DNA from: a virus | Reading direction: 5' to 3' (one strand) | Virus record (IMG/VR): IMGVR_UViG_3300008255_000099 | Location: 64,001-128,000 of that record | DNA length: 64,000 nucleotides | In this document: positions 27,310-36,901 of the stretch, one piece after another | Layout of the letters: every line of letters starts with the position of its first letter | Position numbering within the stretch: position 1 is the first letter of the stretch | The notes under the pieces: model-generated | Databases searched by the model: none | What the model saw: only the letters and a program-made list of their open reading frames with translations | What the model was told of the DNA's origin: nothing | Position numbers and translations under genes: made by a program

Positions 27310-29842
27310 CGTTTTCTTCTAGTTCTCCGTCTTGTTGTAATCCACCGTAATCACTAATCGGGACAAGCTCATAGGGATTATCCTCTGGTGCTCTTGTTCT
27401 TCTGATAGTTGAATAATCTGGATCTAATGGCATTGGGTGATGGAAAAGATATCTACCTTTTCTACCCACTCCAGAATAACCAGTGAAGACAGGAGTAAAC
27501 GAAGTAATAACTCCTCTAGATTGAAGCAATGATAAATCAGCCATACTAAGAAGTCTTGGTTCTCCGTGGGTTGAGGCAAACATTAATGCTGTAAATGCAT
27601 CTCTTGGAGTCAACGAAACTTTGACCCAATTCTGTCGATCATTTGTCATCCCACCTCTTGGCATATATCTATATCTTTTAATTAGATCATCATCAGACGA
27701 TCCTATAATTTCACCAGAATACAAATCATAATACCCGCCATTATTTTCCACCAAGAAACTCTCTCTTTTTGAATTAATAAAATTAACAAAAACACCAGCG
27801 TCATCTGGATAGTTTTCCGCATTTTGAAGCATCCTAGAAATTCTTTCAACTTTAGCACCGAAATGCTCAACTAAATTAAGATCTTCATCTGAACTTTCTG
27901 ATTTTGATTGTAAATCTTGGATTATTCTATGATGGTTATTTAATTGATCTTCATAAATTCTCTTAAATTCTACAATTGTCATATCTGAAATTTGATCTTT
28001 TTGTATAGAATCTGATCTAGAAATAATCAAGGATGTCATTGGGACTCTTCCGAGTTTATCCATCATTGCATCTTGCAACATATCCATTACAACCTTTTTA
28101 TTAGCTGGTCTATCATCACCCTGTTGTTGTAATCCAGATTTTGTTGCAGCCATTAATATTTCAATTTGTTTATTAACATAAGCAAGTTGAACTGCTTGAA
28201 TTATAGCTAATATTTTTTTACGATTAGCTGTCCCACCGCCTATAATTGATGAGATATCAGTGATTGAATTTACATCTCCTTTAAAAAGAGCATTTAACAT
28301 TTCTGTTAGATATTGAACTCCTTTCGCTTCTGATAGTCTCTTTCGGACTGCTGGTGGAAGATCTTCTGATGATAACCATTCTATAAAACTAGGAACAATC
28401 ATACTTGCTCTTAAAGAATTCAATAGAGAATCTTTTATAAATACTTGTTCTTCAATATTTTCTTTTGGAGTATTTGTCAAAATTGGATTTATAACTCCTC
28501 TCTCATCAACTATTGGAATTTCTTTACTATTCAATGAAAAAGTCTTATATCTAAAAATAGGAATAAATCTTTCATGTATTTTATTTGGAGATGCAAAAAT
28601 TATATCTTTGAGCAATCCTCTTTTAAGAACATTCCTTGCTCTTAGTCTATCAATTATAACAGATTCAAGATGTCTTCTTTGTGATCTTCCAGATTGAGTT
28701 GTATATAGTTTTTTTCTTAACTCATTTATTTCATTTGTTAATTCTATATACATAGGCGTTTTTGAAAGAAGCCCATCAGTTTGTTCTGCAATTGTAATGG
28801 GGTTTCTTTCTGTATTTGGAACAGAGTAAATATAATCAATCAAAATATCTTGAATTGAAGCTTCTGTCCCATTAAGATGAGATTCTGCTGTTAATTCTTG
28901 TTCCAAAACAGATAAATCATCTGCTGGCATTCGTGTCATCATTTGTTCTAACATTGATTCGGATGCAAAAGCAGATGTTTCAGGATGAGTTCCTGGCTCT
29001 TCGAATCTTTCTGGCTCCATCTGTAAAGAAAGAGCGTCTTGGACATCTTCTCGTGATTGTTCGTCTTCATCTACAGGCGCAGTTATTGTATCATTTCCAC
29101 GTTCTTCTAACCATCTAATCAATCCCTTTTTATCATCAGGCCCACTTGACCTTCTTTCACCGTTCAATATGGTTTTTATAAAAGAAAATAGCAAATTGAA
29201 TGTTCTTGAAGTAGCTTTAAGTTTTGTTCCATCTTCATATCTAGCCCCTTCAATTCTACTTATAAATTTAACAGAAGCGTCACCAACCCTATCGAAAATT
29301 TCATCCATTATTGTTTGATTGCCTTGGAATGGGATGCGACGCTTTAAAAGATTAACAAAAATAGAACCTGCTAAAAAAACTTCTACAGCAGGAATTAAAA
29401 AGCTTAGATATTGTGGAAAAACTGTAAATAAATTTTCCCCATGATTACCTGTTGAATCTCTATACCTAATCATTTCATTAATCATTTCTGAAATTCTATT
29501 TCTCATATTTTCATTCTGATACATAATATTAGCAGCATTAATTATTTTATTTATATTTTTTGATATAAATGCATTTGTACAAATCTCTCCATATTTATCA
29601 AAATCATTATTCTCAATAATACGATTCCCAATTTCTATTAATTGATTTTTAGTTGATGGTCTTGCTGTCGATAGTGACAACCCATGATCAATATAACCCA
29701 TTGGTTTTTGAGGTTCAATTTCTTCTTCACCCTCATCCTCGTCTTCAACATCATCATATTGTGAAAAAACTCGAATCGGTTTTTTGTTTTGATTGTTTTG
29801 ATTATTTATGCTTTTTACAAAAATATCTGAAAATCTTTCCAT
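27302..29842 (-). CDS. Large hypothetical protein
   Basis: 846-aa ORF with GGGAG RBS; no family recognised. Confidence 0.75.
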   Translation of the reverse strand: MERFSDIFVKSINNQNNQNKKPIRVFSQYDDVEDEDEGEEEIEPQKPMGYIDHGLSLSTARPSTKNQLIEIGNRIIENNDFDKYGEICTNAFISKNINKIINAANIMYQNENMRNRISEMINEMIRYRDSTGNHGENLFTVFPQYLSFLIPAVEVFLAGSIFVNLLKRRIPFQGNQTIMDEIFDRVGDASVKFISRIEGARYEDGTKLKATSRTFNLLFSFIKTILNGERRSSGPDDKKGLIRWLEERGNDTITAPVDEDEQSREDVQDALSLQMEPERFEEPGTHPETSAFASESMLEQMMTRMPADDLSVLEQELTAESHLNGTEASIQDILIDYIYSVPNTERNPITIAEQTDGLLSKTPMYIELTNEINELRKKLYTTQSGRSQRRHLESVIIDRLRARNVLKRGLLKDIIFASPNKIHERFIPIFRYKTFSLNSKEIPIVDERGVINPILTNTPKENIEEQVFIKDSLLNSLRASMIVPSFIEWLSSEDLPPAVRKRLSEAKGVQYLTEMLNALFKGDVNSITDISSIIGGGTANRKKILAIIQAVQLAYVNKQIEILMAATKSGLQQQGDDRPANKKVVMDMLQDAMMDKLGRVPMTSLIISRSDSIQKDQISDMTIVEFKRIYEDQLNNHHRIIQDLQSKSESSDEDLNLVEHFGAKVERISRMLQNAENYPDDAGVFVNFINSKRESFLVENNGGYYDLYSGEIIGSSDDDLIKRYRYMPRGGMTNDRQNWVKVSLTPRDAFTALMFASTHGEPRLLSMADLSLLQSRGVITSFTPVFTGYSGVGRKGRYLFHHPMPLDPDYSTIRRTRAPEDNPYELVPISDYGGLQQDGELEENDE

Positions 29843-29860
29843 TAATTTTCTCCCGTCTAA

Positions 29861-30700
29861 CTAATCATCTAAAATCTTTTTAAATTCAACACTAAACTTT
29901 TCAATTTTACCTCCATCTTTTAAAGCATCAAATTCAATTAATTCATCAATTTTACTATAAATTTTTGTGAATTTCTTTTTTGAAGAAATTTTTTCACCAC
30001 TCATTGTTTGATTAAACTCATTGATTAAATTAGGATCTTCCGGTGGCTCTTCCGGGGTAAAAACATTATTAAATTTACCGATTATATCTTCAACTGTTCC
30101 TAAATCTTCTTGTCTTTGTTCAAGTTCTTCTTTTCGACCTAATCCTTTTTCATATAAATCGTAAAATTTTTGTATTTCAGGACCTAGTTCTTGTTGTTGT
30201 TCTTCCATAGATTCTTGATCTTGTTTTATTCCCTCACTATCAATTTGATCTATAGCCATTGTTTGTGAAAAAACAAATTTTTCTTTTTTTCTATTCTTCG
30301 AAAATTCATTTTCTTGATCCATAATAATTTTCCCAAGAACTTTTTTACCATAATCTGTTAAATTGGCTAAATGTTCTCCTTTGTGAACTAAAACACCATC
30401 TTGAACCATTTGATAAATATCATAGCTTGTTGCCTCACTTGGGATTTTGAATGTTGGTTCACCATTTAAAGTTTTTTGTGCTAAAATTATATTTTCATCT
30501 CTGTCTCTCCACATAGTAAAAAGAAAATCTTTTGTTTTTGAACAGACTTCTTTTTTAGCTGATGTTGTTGTCAGATGATTTGACTGCTCCAAAATAATTC
30601 TTTGAGCATCGCTCATTGGTGTTAAAGAGATCGGATCTGAAAAAACAGAGCCTAAGCTCCCTTCTTGCGAATCTCTAGTTGGTCGTATTGGAATTGGCAT
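29861..30700 (-). CDS. Hypothetical protein
   Basis: 279 aa, AAGGAG RBS, SigH-like promoter upstream. Confidence 0.7.
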   Translation of the reverse strand: MPIPIRPTRDSQEGSLGSVFSDPISLTPMSDAQRIILEQSNHLTTTSAKKEVCSKTKDFLFTMWRDRDENIILAQKTLNGEPTFKIPSEATSYDIYQMVQDGVLVHKGEHLANLTDYGKKVLGKIIMDQENEFSKNRKKEKFVFSQTMAIDQIDSEGIKQDQESMEEQQQELGPEIQKFYDLYEKGLGRKEELEQRQEDLGTVEDIIGKFNNVFTPEEPPEDPNLINEFNQTMSGEKISSKKKFTKIYSKIDELIEFDALKDGGKIEKFSVEFKKILDD

Positions 30701-30728
30701 TTTAATCTCCTTTTAAATTATTTTATCT

Positions 30729-30793
30729 TCTTCTCACACCAAAAACAAAAACCCTTGTTCCAAATCAAGGGTTTTTGTTTTTAGTTAAGAACA
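30729..30793. promoter_or_regulatory. Back-to-back SigH-like promoters forming an inverted repeat
   Basis: Plus strand AAGGG-N17-GAACA (30768-30793); minus strand AAGGG-N18-GAAGA (30729-30755). Confidence 0.55.
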
Positions 30794-30803
30794 TAGCCAA
30801 ACT

Positions 30804-31808
30804 ATGTGGTTAAAACTTGCTATTTTCGAAAAGGAACAAGAAGAAGGCGAAAAAATCAAACAAGAAGCCATTGAAATTAGGCGTTGGTGGGATGAGAACG
30901 AATCAAAAGTTATAAGAAAAATGGTTAGGACAAATCCAAAAGATTGGTGCTATAACCCAGATTTTTATAATGGGAGTGGAGTTTATACTGAAATTGATGG
31001 CGAAGAAAATAATATGTTGGGGGCATTATACATATCTGGTTTACTAGGTTTCCCCGATCAATTTAGCAGATATTTTAATTTGACAAATTTAATAGAAAAT
31101 AATTCTTCCTTTATTTCAATTGATTCTATAGTTTTATCATCAAGTCTAAAATGCCATCAAAATAAATATAAATATCTTGTTGTAATTGATACAGCAAAGC
31201 AATATATCAAAGAATTAAAAGAATGGTTAGTAAAACCTCCAGTTTATACATTAGATGTCCAAGATGAAAATTTTAAACAAATAACATTAAAGGCAACACA
31301 AAAAATTATTGAATTAATAGATTCTATTGAAAAAGACCATCCAGAATTAAAACAAAAACTTCAATATTTTAAATTTAGGTTAGAGTTTTTCTATGATTTC
31401 GGTTTAAAAGACAAATGGATAGATCTTTTATTAAAATATATTCATTTAATTTATGAACTTTCAAAAATAGATATTTTACTTGATATCCCAGATGTTTTTG
31501 ATGCCCTACAAATAATAAACAAAGAAAAAAGAGATGGTTTTTCAGAAAAATATCTAGAACAATTTGAAAATTCAATTAGACAAATAGAAAGAGTTAAGAA
31601 TGTCATTGGGAATCATGATGAATCTTATTTTAATAATAAATTCAGAGAACTAATTGGGATCTCATCTCTTTTAAGAAAATCTTTTAAAGAATTTAACGAA
31701 ATAAAATTTAATAATGTATTAGAAAAATTGAATAAATTAATAAAAGAAATTATGTTTATTCCATCATTATCTGATGAAGAGAGAATGTATTTAGATATTG
31801 GAGTTTAA
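30804..31808 (+). CDS. MWLKLA-leader protein; paralogue of 33764-34207
   Basis: Shares AI.I..WW....SK...KM.RT..K.WCY with 33764-34207. Confidence 0.75.
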   Translation: MWLKLAIFEKEQEEGEKIKQEAIEIRRWWDENESKVIRKMVRTNPKDWCYNPDFYNGSGVYTEIDGEENNMLGALYISGLLGFPDQFSRYFNLTNLIENNSSFISIDSIVLSSSLKCHQNKYKYLVVIDTAKQYIKELKEWLVKPPVYTLDVQDENFKQITLKATQKIIELIDSIEKDHPELKQKLQYFKFRLEFFYDFGLKDKWIDLLLKYIHLIYELSKIDILLDIPDVFDALQIINKEKRDGFSEKYLEQFENSIRQIERVKNVIGNHDESYFNNKFRELIGISSLLRKSFKEFNEIKFNNVLEKLNKLIKEIMFIPSLSDEERMYLDIGV

Positions 31809-32596
31809 AGGCCAAGAATAATTCTTTTCTTTTCTATCAATCCTTCATAACTAGGATCATGAATTCTATCCTCTTCTTCTTTGACAAGTTTTAAGAATTT
31901 ATTAGGAAAAATTTTATCTCTTTCTTTATCTGAAGTTCTTTCAATTTCAACCACAACGACATCTTTATATTTTTCTTCAATTAATTTAAACTCATCAATT
32001 CCAAGTGCTGATTTACACATACTTAAAACAATAAATTTAGGTGTTGATCTTCCTAGATCTATAGAATCGTCAGATCCCCATCTTCTTCGATAATTTCTCC
32101 AAAGGACTTCATTAATATAATCCCTCATTGGGGATCCTTCAGGTTTTGTAAATAAAATAGCAATTGATTCAACTGGTGTTTTTGAATATCTAGTTATCTT
32201 TCGAACATTCTCTCTACTTTTTCTTCCAAGATTAGTTGCATCAAAAATCACATCTTGATAATTACCCCAATGATTAATCATATCATTTCTTAATGGATTT
32301 AATTTATCAGAAAAATTAAAGATTAAAGTATCTAATTGAGACACGGTTTCTATTGGCTCAATATCAAATGCGTCTCTGATGTTTTGTAAAACAACCTCGT
32401 CTTTGATTGAGCAAACAGGTCTCCTAAAAAATGAATCATAACTAAAATCAGCTTCGCTTGAGTTTTGGTATTGTGGGACAAGTTTAGCTCTAAGAATGTC
32501 GGGACTTACTGTTTTAGCGGTCGGGAATTCGCTATCCAAATAGGTACTTTTCCCAACCCCTGAAGGTCCGATGGGAAAAATGAGTTTTGGCATCAT
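31805..32596 (-). CDS. P-loop kinase (AAA_33 / polynucleotide-kinase-like)
   Basis: GPSGVGKST Walker A, VSPDILR, VIFDATNLGRKSR. Confidence 0.8.
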   Translation of the reverse strand: MMPKLIFPIGPSGVGKSTYLDSEFPTAKTVSPDILRAKLVPQYQNSSEADFSYDSFFRRPVCSIKDEVVLQNIRDAFDIEPIETVSQLDTLIFNFSDKLNPLRNDMINHWGNYQDVIFDATNLGRKSRENVRKITRYSKTPVESIAILFTKPEGSPMRDYINEVLWRNYRRRWGSDDSIDLGRSTPKFIVLSMCKSALGIDEFKLIEEKYKDVVVVEIERTSDKERDKIFPNKFLKLVKEEEDRIHDPSYEGLIEKKRIILGL

Positions 32597-32611
32597 ATGT
32601 TCCTCTCTCTG

Positions 32612-33064
32612 TCAAAATTTTACGATATCACACATTAAAAAAATTTCTGAATTTCTTTTATAATTAAGCATTTCTATTTTTAATCTATCAGATCCGAACA
32701 ATGAAAAGCTAGAAGTATATTCTTTTTCACTTCTAAATGATGCCACAAATGGCCGAGGAATTTGACAAAATCTTTCATATCCATTTTTTAAAAAACTATT
32801 GTCATCTATTTCTCTTGTTTGAGAGAAATTGTTGCCGTTCCCACGATTCCAACCAAAACCATTCCTACGGCCCCTGTTCATTCGGCTTATATCTCTTTCA
32901 CGAAGAGAATAACCACCGAACAAAGTGGCTAGACCTGGGGCATAAGCATAATTAAGTTTAATTGTTTCATATCTTTTTGCAGAAATTGTTGGGGCACCAA
33001 CTTCTTGTGCTTTTGAACCACAAATTAAACCCAAAATCAATAAAATAATAAATAAATTTTTCAT
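32612..33064 (-). CDS. Secreted/exported hypothetical protein
   Basis: Sec-type signal peptide MKNLFIILLILGLICGSKA|Q. Confidence 0.55.
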   Translation of the reverse strand: MKNLFIILLILGLICGSKAQEVGAPTISAKRYETIKLNYAYAPGLATLFGGYSLRERDISRMNRGRRNGFGWNRGNGNNFSQTREIDDNSFLKNGYERFCQIPRPFVASFRSEKEYTSSFSLFGSDRLKIEMLNYKRNSEIFLMCDIVKF

Positions 33065-33089
33065 TTTGAAATCCTTTTATCTAAACCGT

Positions 33090-33761
33090 TTATCTAAACC
33101 CAACAACACCACCAGGGCTATCAACACTTCTCCAGTTATTCCAAAGATTTTCTGTTAAATCACCGTGTTTATTATTAGAAGGTGTAGCAGAAGGTCCATC
33201 TCTCCAAATATAACCAAATCCAGGTGTCGAAGGATTTCCATTAACCTCAAAAATACCTTTCTGATCACCAGCGGTATCTTTAATCCTTCCCATTATCTTA
33301 TACCCATTTTCTCCATTCTGAACAATTACAAATTGCCAATTTCTTATTTCTTTGACAACATCATCGAATTCAGATGGCAATTCTTCTGCTCTTATTTCGT
33401 TTGAATTTTCATCAAAAAGCAACAAACAAGCTTTTTCTTTTCTTTCTGGAACAGTTATTATCTTTATTTCATTGGGGTTTTTCCCATAAAATAAATCCTT
33501 AACTTCTTTAACTGTTTGCCATTCCCCATCATCTGAAATCTCTGCTGCTTCTCCGATTGGAACATATTCTGGATGATACCTAAATTGGTCCCTAATAAAC
33601 TCCCCCATGTTATCATCTTCGCTGTAAGGATACCATCTTGGACCGCCGTATTTTGCGCTTAAACTAAATCCATAGAATTGACCACCACCAGACGGACCCA
33701 ATCCGCCAAGACTCTGTGCTTCTTTTATTCTAATTTCATTTATTGCTAATTTTAACCACAT
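33090..33761 (-). CDS. MWLKLA-leader protein
   Basis: 223 aa starting MWLKLAINEIRIKEAQ. Confidence 0.7.
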   Translation of the reverse strand: MWLKLAINEIRIKEAQSLGGLGPSGGGQFYGFSLSAKYGGPRWYPYSEDDNMGEFIRDQFRYHPEYVPIGEAAEISDDGEWQTVKEVKDLFYGKNPNEIKIITVPERKEKACLLLFDENSNEIRAEELPSEFDDVVKEIRNWQFVIVQNGENGYKIMGRIKDTAGDQKGIFEVNGNPSTPGFGYIWRDGPSATPSNNKHGDLTENLWNNWRSVDSPGGVVGFR

Positions 33762-33763
33762 AT

Positions 33764-34207
33764 TTATTCCTCAATCGTTGGGAAACCGAATGGTGGGGCT
33801 GATAAATCAATATCTTTCATTAACCAATCGCTTAAATGATCTTTATACATTTCAGCCTCTGTTAAAAATATATCATTTTCAGATATATCAGAATCTATTA
33901 ATTCTAATGGCTCATCCAATAACTCATCAATATAATTGTTAAAAATTGTTTTAAATTTAGAATAATCACTAAAAAAATCATTATTAAAAGAAATATTATT
34001 ATCATATCCATGAGTAATTAACCGATTGATTAACCACTCCAAATCTTCTTCTGTGTAACACCATTCTTTCAATGGTGTTCTTTCCATTTTTTCTTCTATT
34101 TTAGATTTATACAAACTCCACCAGTTAGAAATTCTAATTGCTCTTTTCTTTATTTCATTCGCACTTTCATATTGACTTAATTTTACGAATGCTAATTTTA
34201 ACCACAT
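33764..34207 (-). CDS. MWLKLA-leader protein; paralogue of 30804-31808
   Basis: 147 aa starting MWLKLAFVKLSQ. Confidence 0.7.
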   Translation of the reverse strand: MWLKLAFVKLSQYESANEIKKRAIRISNWWSLYKSKIEEKMERTPLKEWCYTEEDLEWLINRLITHGYDNNISFNNDFFSDYSKFKTIFNNYIDELLDEPLELIDSDISENDIFLTEAEMYKDHLSDWLMKDIDLSAPPFGFPTIEE

Positions 34208-34240
34208 ATTTCCACCATAAAAGATACTTCTTATTTTTTT

Positions 34241-35299
34241 TCAAGAATCCTCCTCAACCATCTTTAACATTTTTTCATATGAATCAACTGAAATTTCTTC
34301 TGACTTTTCAATTAACTCTTTTACTTTAGGCCAGTTAGGATTTCCTTTTGATTTTTTACCCATGGTTTTAATTATGTTCTCCGTTGCAATACCTTGAGAT
34401 TTTAAAAAATTAAATTGTTCTGCATGGGAATGTCTTTCTGTTAAGATGTTATAATATTCTTTAGAATATTCATCAAGTTTATTTGTCACAATTTGGATTC
34501 TTTTCAACAAAGAGGTTGGTAACCCAAGAGCTTTTGCTATTCCATCCAAACCATCATATTTTTCATACCCTTCAATAATTGCAGCTAATTCTGAAAAGTC
34601 TTCTTTTGTCATTCCGGTTTCATCAGGTGTTAAAAGAATTTTTTTCTGATGTTGGAAATGGTGGAAATATTCGTGGACGGCAATACAATTGGACCAAGGA
34701 GTCTCATAGTTCTCTCTTGCAGGGAAAACCATATGTAATTTGCTTGGGCTATAATAGGCATAAGCATTTACTAGTCCATATGTAGCCCACAAAGGTTCTG
34801 GAATTGATAAAACGGAAAGATTCTCATCAACGCCAGAAGTCTCACCATATTTTTCAACTAAAACTCTCTCAAGATATTCTTTTGCTTTGGGGTACAAAGT
34901 TATATTTGTCTCTAAGACATCTTTTGAGTAAAGATATATTTTATGTTGTTTTAACTCATTGATAAATTCTTTTTTGATTGAATTCGTTAATTCTTTAGGG
35001 GATTCTGTGGCTGTCTTTATTTCTGGCCCACATAAAAATTCTACTTCTATAATTTTAAATGTATAATTTAATTTAATCTTTATCCAAGCAATAGCATCCC
35101 TATGAATTGGTTTATCTATGATTTTAAAAGTATCTGTATCATAGTAATAATCTCGCCAAACGCTATAGGTCTCCTCCAAATAATCGCTTGAAAAACTCCA
35201 ATAGAAACGAAACATTGAGTTTGCGCTTTTGATTGGGATGATGATGTCAGTGACTTCCATGGTGGCTCTAAACCTCGACTCCCGAGGGGATTCTACCAT
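34241..35299 (-). CDS. Putative zincin metallopeptidase
   Basis: AYAYY...IAVHEYFHHFQH (HExxH) with downstream Glu candidates. Confidence 0.6.
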   Translation of the reverse strand: MVESPRESRFRATMEVTDIIIPIKSANSMFRFYWSFSSDYLEETYSVWRDYYYDTDTFKIIDKPIHRDAIAWIKIKLNYTFKIIEVEFLCGPEIKTATESPKELTNSIKKEFINELKQHKIYLYSKDVLETNITLYPKAKEYLERVLVEKYGETSGVDENLSVLSIPEPLWATYGLVNAYAYYSPSKLHMVFPARENYETPWSNCIAVHEYFHHFQHQKKILLTPDETGMTKEDFSELAAIIEGYEKYDGLDGIAKALGLPTSLLKRIQIVTNKLDEYSKEYYNILTERHSHAEQFNFLKSQGIATENIIKTMGKKSKGNPNWPKVKELIEKSEEISVDSYEKMLKMVEEDS

Positions 35300-35335
35300 A
35301 GAATCGTGGGGATCGTGCCCCTAGAACTGGTGGAA

Positions 35336-36796
35336 TTAAAATCTTGAGTGAGAATGCTCTGCAAAACCAGGGATTTCTGATTCTTCGTCATTTATGTCAA
35401 TTGTTTCATCCCTTATTTTTCTTTTATCATCGTCAAAAGAATGCAACATCTCCATAGCCTTCCCTAATGGAATATCTTTAAGAGAAACTCCTTCCAACAT
35501 TTCAGGGACATATTTACTTCCAATACCCGATTGATTATTCTCATTATCTGGATCTTCTTGATTCATCCTCAAGCTATGTGGGCCGTCAAAAACATTTACA
35601 GATGGTGAATCTTCTGTCTTATAAGACAATTCCTCATGTGAGGCACCAGTTTCATTCCCCTTTGATTCGGAATCAAAGAGGTGATCAAACCATCCTTTTG
35701 GAAGAGAGGCCGAGGCTGCTTCCCCTGGTGTTGGTGGCCTTCTCCATTCGTTTTCATCAAATCTTGAATAAGGGCTTAAATCAGGATCGCTAGGAGAAAG
35801 ATTTCTTCTGGATGGTGCTTCTGTGTCAATCATTGGTGAATGACGTGCAATTTTTCTTAATTTTGAATTTAATTCATCTTTTTTAGAATGTTGTCTTAAT
35901 GTTGAAAGATTAGCATACCAATCTGGAAGTCTTTCATGTTGTCGTGTATAATTCATTGCAAATTCAGAAGGATCTGTTTGCCGTTTGCTTTGCATCCTAT
36001 TCTCAAGATTGTCATAATGAATAGCACTTTTTTCTTCATTCATTCGAATAAATTCAGGTGAATTTTCCTTTTCTTTTTTTCTTTCATTAGCTTGACTTTC
36101 TAATAATCTTTGAAGTCTATGTAAATTTTTCTTTTTTATTCTTTCAGACCAAGTTAAATTATAATTATCTTCAGAACGCTCTTTGTCTTTATGTCCTAAT
36201 CTTTCTTCTGGTCTTTCATGTAGAGATTCTTCTGTTGATTTAAACCAAGAATCTTTTGGCCCTCTAACAGTATCCAACATCGTATCAAAAGTTACATTTG
36301 CTGGATAACGACCCCATTGGTTAATATCCCCTTTTTCTAATCCAAAAACTGTTTCACCACGGCCTTTTGCAGAATCCGGCATGTTCCCCATGCCTCCCCA
36401 TTGAGCAAATCTTAAAGTTAAAAGGCCATTATCATCGAAATCATTTTTAATCATTTGAGAAAGTTTAAGGATAGAAGAAGTATCTAAATTTGGTTTCTTT
36501 TCTTCCGAAAGCTTCAAAAGAATAGATTGAACTCTTTGTTGAAGATCTCCCTCTTTTTCATTTAAGGCTAATTTTTTAAGAGAATCATCACTATAAAGAC
36601 AAGAATTATCACTAACTAAAACAAGATCTAAATTTTCTTCTTTATTTGCTGTTTTTATTTTTGGATTCATAATTTTTGCGAACAAAGAATGATTATCTTC
36701 ATCAAGAATTTTAATAATATTACCTTGTTTTAGAATTATTTTATTTTCTTTATTATGGAAACCATCTGAAAGTTTCATTAAATCTTCAAGTCTCAT
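35336..36796 (-). CDS. Putative head/internal virion protein
   Basis: 486 aa, many K-x-A/S motifs, SigH-like promoter upstream. Confidence 0.6.
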   Translation of the reverse strand: MRLEDLMKLSDGFHNKENKIILKQGNIIKILDEDNHSLFAKIMNPKIKTANKEENLDLVLVSDNSCLYSDDSLKKLALNEKEGDLQQRVQSILLKLSEEKKPNLDTSSILKLSQMIKNDFDDNGLLTLRFAQWGGMGNMPDSAKGRGETVFGLEKGDINQWGRYPANVTFDTMLDTVRGPKDSWFKSTEESLHERPEERLGHKDKERSEDNYNLTWSERIKKKNLHRLQRLLESQANERKKEKENSPEFIRMNEEKSAIHYDNLENRMQSKRQTDPSEFAMNYTRQHERLPDWYANLSTLRQHSKKDELNSKLRKIARHSPMIDTEAPSRRNLSPSDPDLSPYSRFDENEWRRPPTPGEAASASLPKGWFDHLFDSESKGNETGASHEELSYKTEDSPSVNVFDGPHSLRMNQEDPDNENNQSGIGSKYVPEMLEGVSLKDIPLGKAMEMLHSFDDDKRKIRDETIDINDEESEIPGFAEHSHSRF

Positions 36797-36816
36797 AGTT
36801 TTCTCCAGTAAATGTT

Positions 36817-36842
36817 ATTTCTTATGATTTTTATATTTTCCT
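36817..36842 (-). promoter_or_regulatory. SigH-like promoter
   Basis: CAGGA-N17-GAAAT on the minus strand. Confidence 0.55.
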
Positions 36843-36844
36843 GC

Positions 36845-36886
36845 AAAACAAAAAAGCTGTGGCAATTGCCACAGCTTTTTTGTTTT
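36845..36886. terminator. Perfect 42-bp palindrome, terminator
   Basis: aaacaaaaaagctgtggcaaa-type arms around CAATTG; perfectly self-complementary from 36845 to 36886. Confidence 0.8.
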
Positions 36887-36901
36887 TTTGAGATGTCTTA
36901 A

